Assembly (NCBI RefSeq): GCF_009914755.1
Contig: NC_060947.1
DNA length: 64,000 nt
Reading direction: 5' to 3' (one strand)
From: the human T2T-CHM13v2.0 reference genome, Homo sapiens
Shown here: one piece after another, positions 23,000 to 34,900 of the stretch
Position numbering within the stretch: position 1 is the stretch's first letter
How the letters are laid out: every line of letters begins with the position of its first letter
Position numbers and translations under genes: made by a program
Notes under the pieces: model-generated
Database searches by the model: none
The model's input: the letters and a program-made list of their open reading frames with translations, nothing else
What the model was told of the DNA's origin: nothing

Positions 23000-25900
23000 A
23001 ATAGCCACTTGCACATTGTAGAAAAAGTGTGTCAAAGCTGCGCTATCAAAGGGAAAGTTCAACTCTGTGAGGTGAATGCAAACATCCCAAAGAAGTTTCT
23101 GAGAATGCTTCCGTTTAGCTTTTAGGTGAAGATTATCCCGTTTCCAACGAAACCTTCAAAGAGGTCCAAATATCCCCTTGCGGATCCCACAGAAAGAGTG
23201 TTTCGAAACTGCTGTTTCAAAAGGAATCTTCAACTCTGTGAGTTGAATGCAATCATCACAAAGAAGTTTCTGACAATGCTTCTCTCTCGTCTTTCTGTGA
23301 AGATAAAGGAAAAGGCTTTCAGGCCTTTTCCACCACAGGCCTGAAAGCGCTCCAAATGTCCACTTGCAGATTCTGCCAAAAGAATATTTCAAAACTGCTC
23401 TATGAAAAGCAATGTTAAACTCTGTGGCTGGAACACAAACATCACAAAGCGGTTTCTGAGAATGTTTCAGTTTAGTTTTTCTGTGGAAATATTCCCGTTT
23501 CCAAAGAAATCTTCAAAGAGGTCCACGTATCCACTTACAGATTCTACAAAAAGACAGTTTCAAAACTGCTCCATCAAAAGGAGGGTTCAACTGTGTGACT
23601 TGAATGCAATCATCACTCAGAAGTTTCTGAGAATGCTTCTCTTTAGTTTTTACGTGAACATATACCCGTTTCGAACGAAGGCCACCCAGTGGTCCAAATA
23701 TCCACTTGCAGATTCTACAGAAAGAGTGTTTCGAACCTGAACTCTCAAAGGCAGGTTCATCTCTGCGAGTTAAATGCATTCATCATGAAGAACTTTCTCA
23801 GAGTGTTTGTGTTTAGTTATGGGAAATTATTCCCGTTTCCAACGAAATCCTCAGAGAGCTCCAAATATCCACCTGCAGATTCTACCAAAAGTGTATTTGG
23901 AAACTGCTCCATCAAAAGGCATGTTCAGCTCTGTGAGTGAAACTCCATCATCACAAAGAATATTCTGAGAATGCTTCCGTTTGCCTTTTATATGAAGTTC
24001 CTTCCTGTACTACCGTAGGCCTCAAAGCAGTCCAAATCTCCATTTGCAGATTCTACAAAAAGAGTGATTCCAATCTGCTCTATCAATAGGATTGTTCAAC
24101 TCCATTAGTTGAATGCCATCCTCACAAAGTAGTTTCTGAGAATGCTTCTATCTGGTTTTTGTGTGAAGATATTTCCTTTTCCACCACAGGCCTCAAAGCC
24201 CTCCAAACGTCCACTTGCAGATTCTCGAAAAAGAGTGTTTCATAGCTGCTCTTTCAAAAGGAAAGTTCAACTCTGGGAGTTGAATACAAACATCACAAAG
24301 TAGTTTCCGAGAATGCTTCAGTTTAGTTTTTATGTGAAGATGATCCCGTTTCCAGTGAAATCTTCAAAGAGGTCCACATATCCCCTTGAAGATTCCAAAG
24401 AAAGAGGGTTTCAAAACTGCTCCATCAGAAGGATTGTTCAACTCTGTGAGTTGAATGCAGTCATCGCAGAAAACTTTCTGAGAATGCTTCTGTCTAGGTT
24501 TGATGTGAAGATATAGATGTTTCAAACGAAGGCTACAAAGTGGTCAAAATATACACTTGCAGATTCTACTACAAGGATGTTGCAAACCTGAACTATCAAA
24601 GGAAGGTTCAACTCTGTGAGTTGAATACAAACATCACAAAGAATGTTCTGAGTTTGCTTCCGTTCAGTTATGGGAAGTTGATCCCGTTTCCAACGAAATC
24701 CTCAGAGAGGTCCAAATATCCCCTTGCAGATTCTACAAAAAGTGTGTTTGGAAACTGCTCCATCATAACGAATGTTCAGCTCCCTGAGTTAAACTCCATC
24801 GTCACAAAGAATTTTCTGAGAGTGCTACCGTCTGGTTTTTATATGAAGTTCTTTCCTTCACTACCACAGGCCTCAAAGCGGTCCAAATCTCCACTTGCAG
24901 ATTCTACAAAAAGAGTGTTTGCAAACTGCTCTATCAAAAGGAATGTTCAACTCTGGGAGTTGAATGCAATCATCACAGAGCAGTTTCTGAGAATGCTTCT
25001 ATGTCGTTTTTAGGAGAAGATATTTCCTTTTCCAACACAATCCTCCAAGCCCGCTAAATAGCCACTTGCACATTGTAGAAAAAGTGTGTCAAAGCTGCGC
25101 TATCAAAGGGAAAGTTCAACTCTGTGAGGTGAATGCAAACATCCCAAAGAAGTTTCTGAGAATGCTTCCGTTTAGCTTTTAGGTGAAGATTATCCCGTTT
25201 CCAACGAAACCTTCAAAGAGGTCCAAATATCCCCTTGCGGATCCCACAGAAAGAGTGTTCCGAAACTGCTGTTTCAAAAGGAATCTTCAACTCTGTGAGT
25301 TGAATGCAATCATCACAAAGAAGTTTCTGACAATGCTTCTCTCTCGTCTTTCTGTGAAGATAAAGGAAAAGGCTTTCAGGCCTTTGCCACCACAGGCCTG
25401 AAAGCGCTCCAAATGTCCACTTGCAGATTCTGCGAAAAGAATATTTCAAAACTGCTCTATGAAAAGCAATGTTAAACTCTGTGGCTCGAACACAAACATC
25501 ACAAAGCGGTTTCTGAGAATGCTTCAGTTTAGTTTTTCTGTGGAAATATTCCCGTTTCCAAAGAAATCTTCAAAGAGGTCCACGTATCCACTTACAGATT
25601 CTACAAAAAGACAGTTTCAAAACTGCTCCATCAATAGGAGGGTTCAACTGTGTGACTTGAATGCAATCATCACTCAGAAGTTTCTGAGAATGCTTCTCTT
25701 TAGTTTTTACGTGAACATATACCCGTTTCGAACGAAGGCCACCCAGTGGTCCAAATATCCACTTGCAGATTCTACAGAAAGAGTGTTTCGAACCTGAACT
25801 CTCAAAGGCAGGTTCATCTCTGCGAGTTAAATGCATTCATCATGAAGAACTTTCTCAGAGTGTTTGTGTTTAGTTATGGGAAATTATTCCCGTTTCCAAA

Positions 25901-28900
25901 GAAATCCTCAGAGAGCTCCAAATATCCACCTGCAGATTCTACCAAAAGTGTATTTGGAAACTGCTCCATCAAAAGGCATGTTCAGCTCTGTGAGTGAAAC
26001 TCCATCATCACAAAGAATATTCTGAGAATGCTTCCGTTTGCCTTTTATCTGAAGTTCCTTCATACACGACCGTAGGCCTCAAAGCAGTCCAAATCTCCAT
26101 TTGCAGATTCTACAAAAAGAGTGATTCCAATCTGCTCTATCAATAGGATTGTTCAACTCCATGAGTTGAATGCCATCCTCACAAAGTCGTTTCTGAGAAT
26201 GCTTCTATCTAGTTTTTATGTGAAGATATTTCCTTTTCCACCACAGGCCTCAAAGCCCTCCAAACGTCCACTTGCAGATTCTCGAAAAGGAGTGTTTCAT
26301 AGCTGCTCTTTCAAAAGGAAAGTTCAACTCTGGGAGTTGAATACAAACATCACAAAGTAGTTTCCGAGAATGCTTCTGTTTAGTTTTTATGTGAAGATGA
26401 TCCCGTTTCCAGTGAAATCTTCAAAGAGGTCCACATATCCCCTTGCAGATTCCAAAGAAAGAGGGTTTCAAAACTGCTCCATCAGAAGGATTGTTCAACT
26501 CTGTGAGTTGAATGCAGTCATCGTAGAAAACTTTCTGAGAATGCTTCTGTCTAGGTTTGATGTGAAGATATAGACGTTTCAAACGAAGGCTACAAAGTGG
26601 TCAAAATATACACTTGCAGATTCTACTACAAGGGTGTTGCAAACCTGAACTATCAAAGGAAGGTTCAACTCTGTGAGTTGAATACAAACATCACAAAGAA
26701 TGTTCTGAGTTTGCTTCCGTTCAGTTATGGGAAGTTGATCCCGTTTCCAACGAAATCCTCAGAGAGGTCCAAATATCCCCTCGCAGATTCTACAAAACGT
26801 GTGTTTGGAAACTGCTCCATCATAACGAATGTTCAGCTCCCTGAGTTAAACTCCATCGTCACAAAGAATTTTCTGAGAGTGCTACCGTCTGGTTTTTATA
26901 TGAAGTTCTTTCCTTCACTACCACAGGCCTCAAAGCGGTCCAAATCTCCACTTGCAGATTCTACAAAAAGAGTGTTTGCAAACTGCTCTATCAAAAGGAA
27001 TGTTCAACTCTGGGAGTTGAATGCAATCATCACAGAGCAGTTTCTGAGAATGCTTCTATGTCGTTTTTAGGAGAAGATATTTCCTTTTCCAACACAGTCC
27101 TCCAAGCCCGCTAAATAGCCACTTGCACATTGTAGAAAAAGTGTGTCAAAGCTGCGCTATCAAAGGGAAAGTTCAACTCTGTGAGGTGAATGCAAACATC
27201 CCAAAGAAGTTTCTGAGAATGCTTCCGTTTACCTTTTAGGTGAGGATTATCCCGTTTCCAACGAAACCTTCAAAGAGGTCCAAATATCCCCTTGCGGATC
27301 CCACAGAAAGAGTGTTTCGAAACTGCTGTTTCAAAAGGAATCTTCAACTCTGTGAGTTGAATGCAATCATCACAAAGAAGTTTCTGACAATGCTTCTCTC
27401 TCGTCTTTCTGTGAAGATAAAGGAAAAGGCTTTCAGGCCTTTGCCACCACAGGCCTGAAAGCGCTCCAAATGTCCACTTGCAGATTCTGCCAAAAGAATA
27501 TTTCAAAACTGCTCTATGAAAAGCAATGTTAAACTCTGTGGCTCGAACACAAACATCACAAAGCGGTCTCTGAGAATGCTTCAGTTTAGTTTTTCTGTGG
27601 AAATATTCCCGTTTCCAAAGAAATCTTCAAAGAGGTCCACGTATCCACTTACAGATTCTACAAAAAGACAGTTTCAAAACTGCTCAATCAAAAGGAGGGT
27701 TCAACTGTGTGACTTGAATGCAATCATCACTCAGAAGTTTCTGAGAATGCTTCTCTTTAGTTTTTACGTGAACATATACCCGTTTCGAACGAAGGCCACC
27801 CAGTGGTCCAAATGTCCACTTGCAGATTCTACAGAAAGAGTGTTTCGAACCTGAACTCTCAAAGGCAGGTTCATCTCTGCGAGTTAAATGCATTCATCAT
27901 GAAGAACTTTCTCAGCGTGTTTGTGTTTAGTTATGGGAAATTATTCCCGTTCCCAACGAAATCCTCAGAGAGGTCCAAATGTCCACCTGCAGATTCTACC
28001 AAAAGTGTATTTGGAAACTGCTCCATCAACAGGCATGTTCAGCTCTGTGAGTGAAACTCCATCATCACAAAGAATATTCTGAGAATGCTTCCGTTTGCCT
28101 TTTATATGAAGTTCCTTCCTATACGACCGTAGGCCTCAAAGCAGTGCAAATCTCCATTTGCAGATTCTACAAAAAGAGTGATTCCAATCTGCTCTATCAA
28201 TAGGATTGTTCAACTCCATGAGTTGAATGCCATCCTCACAAAGTCGTTTCTGAGAATGCTTCTATCTAGTTTTTATGTGAAGATATTTCCTTTTCCACCA
28301 CAGGCCTCAAAGCCCTCCAAACGTCCACTTGCAGATTCTCGAAAAAGAGTGTTTCATAGCTGCTCTTTCAAAAGGAAAGTTCAACTCTGGGAGTTGAATA
28401 CAAACATCACAAAGTAGTTTCCGAGAATGCTTCTGTTTAGTTTTTATGTGAAGATGATCCCGTTTCCAGTGAAATCTTCAAAGAGGTCCACATATCCCCT
28501 TGCAGATTCCAAAGAAAGAGGGTTTCAAAACTGCTCCATCAATAGGATTGTTCAACTCTGTGAGTTGAATGCAGTCATCGCAGAAAACTTTCTGAGAATG
28601 CTTCTGTCTAGGTTTGATGTGAAGATATAGACGTTTCAAACGAAGGCTACAAAGTGGTCAAAATATACACTTGCAGATACTACTACAAGGGTGTTGCAAA
28701 CCTGAACTATCAAAGGAAGGTTCAACTCTGTGAGTTGAATACAAACATCACAAAGAATGTTCTGAGTTTGCTTCCGTTCAGTTATGGGAAGTTGATCCCG
28801 TTTCCAACGAAATCCTCAGACAGGTCCAAATATCCCCTTGCAGATTCTACAAAACGTGTTTTTGGAAACTGCTCCATCATAACGAATGTTCAGCTCCCTG

Positions 28901-31900
28901 AGTTAAACTCCATCGTCACAAAGAATTTTCTGAGAGTGCTACCGTCTGGTTTTTATATGAAGCTCTTTCCTTTACTACCCCAGGCCTCAAAGCGGTCAAA
29001 ATCTCCACTTGCAGATTCTACAAAAAGAGTGTTTGCAAACTGCTCTATCAAAAGGAATGTTCAACTCTGGGAGTTGAATGCAATCATCACAGAGCAGTTT
29101 CTGAGAATGCTTCTATGTCGTTTTTAGGAGAAGATATTTCCTTTTCCAACACAGTCCTCCAAGTCCGCTAAATAGCCACTTGCACATTGTAGAAAAAGTG
29201 TGTCAAAGCTGCGCTATCAAAGGGAAAGTTCAACTCTGAGAGGTGAATGCAAACATCCCAAAGAAGTTTCTGAGAGTGCTTCCGTTTAGCTTTTAGGTGA
29301 AGATTATCCCGTTTCCAACGAAACCTTCAAAGAAGTCCAAATATCCCCTTGCGGATCCCACAGAAAGAGTGTTTCGAAACTGCTGTTTCAAAAGGAATCT
29401 TCAACTCTGTGAGTTGAATGCAATCATCACAAAGAAGTTTCTGACAATGCTTCTCTCTCGTCTTTCTGTGAAGATAAATAAATGCTTTCAGGCCTTTGCC
29501 ACCACAGGCCTGAAAGCGCTCCAAATGTCCACTTGCAGATTCTGCGAAAAGAATATTTCAAAACTGCTTTGTGAAAAGCAATGTTAAACTCTGTGGCTCG
29601 AACACAAACATCACAAAGCGGTTTCTGAGAATGCTTCAGTTTAGTTTTTCTGTGGAAATATTCCCGTTTCCAAAGAAATCTTCAAAGAGGTCCACGTATC
29701 CACTTACAGATTCTACAAAAAGACAGTTTCAAAACTGCTCCATCAAAAGGAGGGTTCAACTGTGTGACTTGAATGCAATCATCACTCAGAAGTTTCTGAG
29801 AATGCTTCTCTTTAGTTTTTACGTGAACATATACCCGTTTCGAACGAAGGCCAGCCAGTGGTCCAAATATCCACTTGCAGATTCTACAGAAGGAGTGTTT
29901 CGAACCTGAACTCTCAAAGGCAGGTTCATCTCTGCGAGTTAAATGCATTCATCATGAAGAACTTTCTCAGCGTGTTTGTGTTTAGTTATGGGAAATTATT
30001 CCCGTTTCCAACGAAATCCTCAGAGAGCTCCAAATATCCACCTGCAGATTCTACCAAAAGTGTATTTGGAAACTGCTCCATCAAAAGGCATGTTCAGCTC
30101 TGTGAGTGAAACTCCATCATCATAAAGAATATTCTTAGAATGCTTCCGTTTGCCTTTTATATGAAGTTCCTTCCTATACGACCGTAGGCCTCAAAGCAGT
30201 CCAAATCTCCATTTGCAGATTCTACAAAAAGAGTGATTCCAATCTGCTCTATCAATAGGATTGTTCAACTCCATGAGTTGAATGCCATCCTCACAAAGTC
30301 GTTTCTGAGAATGCTTCTATCTAGTTTTTATGTGAAGATATTTCCTTTTCCACCACAGGCCTCAAAGCCCTCCAAGCGTCCACTTGCAGATTCTCGAAAA
30401 AGAGTGTTTCATAGCTGCTCTTTCAAAAGGAAAGTTCAACTCTGGCAGTTGAATACAAACATCACAAAGTAGTTTCCGAGAATGCTTCTGTTTAGTTTTT
30501 ATGTGAAGATGATCCCGTTTCCAGTGAAATCTTCAAAGAGGTCCACATATCCCCTTGCAGATTCCAAAGAAAGAGGGTTTCAAAACTGCTCCATCAGAAG
30601 GATTGTTCAACTCTGTGAGTTGAATGCAGTCATCGCAGAAAACTTTCTGAGAATGCTTCTGTCTAGGTTTGATGTGAAGATATAGACGTTTCAAACGAAG
30701 GCTACAAAGTGGTCAAAATATACACTTGCAGATTCTACTACAAGGGTGTTGCAAACCTGAACTATCAAAGGAAGGTTCAACTCTGTGAGTTGAATACAAA
30801 CATCACAAAGAATGTTCTGAGTTTGCTTCCGTTCAGTTATGGGAAGTTGATCCCGTTTCCAACGAAATCCTCAGAGAGGTCCAAATATCCCCTTGCAGAT
30901 TCTACAAAACGTGTGTTTGGAAACTGCTCCATCATAACGAATGTTCAGCTCCCTGAGTTAAACTCCATCGTCACAAAGAATTTTCTGAGAGTGCTACCGT
31001 CTGGTTTTTATATGAAGTTCTTTCCTTCACTACCACTGGCCTCAAAGCGGTCCAAATCTCCACTTGCAGATTCTACAAAAAGAGTGTTTGCAAACTGCTC
31101 TATCAAAAGGAATGTTCAACTCTGGGAGTTGAATGCAATCATCACAGAGCAGTTTCTGAGAATGCTTCTATGTCGTTTTTAGGAGAAGATATTTCCTTTT
31201 CCAACACAGTCCTCCAAGCCCGCTAAATAGCCACTTGCACATTGTAGAAAAAGTGTGTCAAAGCTGCGCTATCAAAGGGAAAGTTCAACTCTGTGAGGTG
31301 AATGCAAACATCCCAAAGAAGTTTCTGAGAATGCTTCCGTTTAGCTTTTAGGTGAAGATTATCCCGTTTCCAACGAAACCTTCAAAGAGGTCCAAATATC
31401 CCCTTGCGGATCCCACAGAAAGAGTGTTTCGAAACTGCTGTTTCAAAAGGAATCTTCAACTCTGTGAGTTGAATGCAATCATCACAAAGAAGTTTCTGAC
31501 AATGCTTCTCTCTCGTCTTTCTGTGAAGATAAAGGAAAAGGCTTTCAGGCCTTTGCCACCACAGGCCTGAAAGCGCTCCAAATGTCCACTTGCAGATTCT
31601 GCGAAAAGAATATTTCAAAACTGCTCTATGAAAAGCAATGTTAAACTCTGCGGCTCAAACACAAACATCACAAAGCGGTTTCTGAGAATGCTTCAGTTTA
31701 GTTTTTCTGTGGAAGTATTCCCGTTTCCAAAGAAATCTTCAAAGAGGTCCACGTATCCACTTACAGATTCTACAAAAAGACAGTTTCAAAACTGCTCCAT
31801 CAAAAGGAGGGTTCAACTGTGTGACTTGAATGCAATCATCACTCAGAAGTTTCTGAGAATGCTTCTCTTTAGTTTTTACGTGAACATATACGCGTTTCGA

Positions 31901-34900
31901 ATGAAGGCCACCCAGTGGTCCAAATATCCACTTGCAGATTATACAGAAAGAGTGTTTCGAACCTGAACTCTCAAAGGCAGGTTCATCTCTGCGAGTTAAA
32001 TGCATTCATCATGAAGAACTTTCTCAGAGTGTTTGTGTTTAGTTATGGGAAATTATTCCCGTTTCCAACGAAATCCTCAGAGAGCTCCAAATATCCACCT
32101 GCAGATTCTACCAAAAGTGTATTTGGAAACTGCTCCATCAAAAGGCATGTTCAGCTCTGTGAGTGAAACTCCATCATCACAAAGAATATTCTGAGAATGC
32201 TTCCGTTTGCCTTTTATATGAAGTTCCTTCCTATACTACCGTAGGCCTCAAAGCAGTCCAAATCTCCATTTGCAGATTCTATAAAAAGAGTGATTCCAAT
32301 CTGCTCTATCAATAGGATTGTTCAACTCCATGAGTTGAATGCCATCCTCACAAAGTAGTTTCTGAGAATGCTTCTATCTGGTTTTTGTGTGAAGATATTT
32401 CCTTTTCCACCACAGGCCTCAAAGCCCTCCAAACGTCCACTTGCAGATTCTCGAAAAAGAGTGTTTCATAGCTGCTCTTTCAAAAGGAAAGTTCAACTCT
32501 GGGAGTTGAATACAAACATCACAAAGTAGTTTCCGAGAATGCTTCTGTTTAGTTTTTATGTGAAGATGATCCCGTTTCCAGTGAAATCTTCAAAGAGGTC
32601 CACATATCCCCTTGCAGATTCCAAAGAAAGAGGGTTTCAAAACTGCTCCATCAGAAGGATTGTTCAACTCTGTGAGTTGAATGCAGTCATCGCAGAAAAC
32701 TTTCTGAGAATGCTTCTGTCTAGGTTTGATGTGAAGATATAGACGTTTCAAACGAAGGCTACAAAGTGGTCAAAATATACACTTGCAGATTCTACTACAA
32801 GGGTGTTGCAAACCTGAACTATCAAAGGAAGGTTCAACTCTGTGAGTTGAATACAAACATCACAAAGAATGTTCTGAGTTTGCTTCCGTTCAGTTATGGG
32901 AAGTTGATCCCGTTTCCAACGAAATCCTCAGAGAGGTCCAAATATCCCCTTGCAGATTCTACAAAACGTGTGTTTGGAAACTGCTCCATCATAACGAATG
33001 TTCAGCTCCCTGAGTTAAACTCCATCGTCACAAAGAATTTTCTGAGAGTGCTACCGTCTGGTTTTTATATGAAGTTCTTTCCTTCACTACCACAGGCCTC
33101 AAAGCGGTCCAAATCTCCACTTGCAGATTCTACAAAAAGAGTGTTTGCAAACTGCTCTATCAAAAGGAATGTTCAACTCTGGGAGTTGAATGCAATCATC
33201 ACAGAGCAGTTTCTGAGAATGCTTCTATGTCGTTTTTAGGAGAAGATATTTCCTTTTCCAACACAGTCCTCCAAGCCCGCTAAATAGCCACTTGCACATT
33301 GTAGAAAAAGTGTGTCAAAGCTGCGCTATCAAAGGGAAAGTTCAACTCTGTGAGGTGAATGCAAACATCCCAAAGAAGTTTCTGAGAATGCTTCCGTTTA
33401 GCTTTTAGGTGAAGATTATCCCGTTTCCAACGAAACCTTCAAAGAGGTCCAAATATCCCCTTGCGGATCCCACAGAAAGAGTGTTTCGAAACTGCTGTTT
33501 CAAAAGGAATCTTCAACTCTGTGAGTTGAATGCAATCATCACAAAGAAGTTTCTGACAATGCTTCTCTCTCGTCTTTCTGTGAAGATAAAGGAAAAGGCT
33601 TTCAGGCCTTTGCCACCACAGGCCTGAAAGCGCTCCAAGTGTCCACTTGCAGATTCTGCGAAAAGAATATTTCAAAACTGCTCTATGAAAAGCAATGTTA
33701 AACTCTGTGGCTCGAACACAAACATCACAAAGAGGTTTCTGAGAATGCTTCAGTTTAGTTTTTCTGTGGAAATATTCCCGTTTCCAAAGAAATCTTCAAA
33801 GAGGTCCACGTATCCACTTACAGATTCTACAAAAAGACAGTTTCAAAACTGCTCCATCAAAAGGAGGGTTCAACTGTGTGACTTGAATGCAATCATCACT
33901 CAGAAGTTTCTGAGAATGCTTCTCTTTAGTTTTTACGTGAACATATACCCGTTTCGAACGAAGGCCACCCAGTGGTCCAAATATCCACTTGCAGATTATA
34001 CAGAAAGAGTGTTTCGAACCTGAACTCTCAAAGGCAGGTTCATCTCTGCGAGTTAAATGCATTCATCATGAAGAACTTTCTCAGAGTGTTTGTGTTTAGT
34101 TATGGGAAATTATTCCCGTTTCCAACGAAATCCTCAGAGAGCTCCAAATATCCACCTGCTGATTCTACCAAAAGTGTATTTGGAAACTGCTCCATCAAAA
34201 GGCATGTTCAGCTCTGTGAGTGAAACTCCATCATCACAAAGAATATTCTGAGAATGCTTCCGTTTGCCTTTTATATGAAGTTCCTTCCTGTACTACCGTA
34301 GGCCTCAAAGCAGTCCAAATCTCCATTTGCAGATTCTATGAAAAGAGTGATTCCAATCTGCTCTATCAATAGGATTGTTCAACTCCATGAGTTGAATGCC
34401 ATCCTCACAAAGTAGTTTCTGAGAATGCTTCTATCTGGTTTTTGTGTGAAGATATTTCCTTTTCCACCACAGGCCTCAAAGCCCTCCAAACGTCCACTTG
34501 CAGATTCTCGAAAAAGAGTGTTTCATAGCTGCTCTTTCAAAAGGAAAGTTCAACTCTGGGAGTTGAATACAAACATCACAAAGTAGTTTCCGAGAATGCT
34601 TCTGTTTAGTTTTTATGTGAAGATGATCCCGTTTCCAGTGAAATCTTCAAAGAGGTCCACATATCCCCTTGCAGATTCCAAAGAAAGAGGGTTTCAAAAC
34701 TGCTCCATCAGAAGGATTGTTCAACTCTGTGAGTTGAATGCAGTCATCGCAGAAAACTTTCTGAGAATGCTTCTGGCTAGGTTTGATGTGAAGATATAGA
34801 CGTTTCAAACGAAGGCTACAAAGTGGTCAAAATATACACTTGCAGATTCTACTACAAGGGTGTTGCAAACCTGAACTATCAAAGGAAGGTTCAACTCTGT

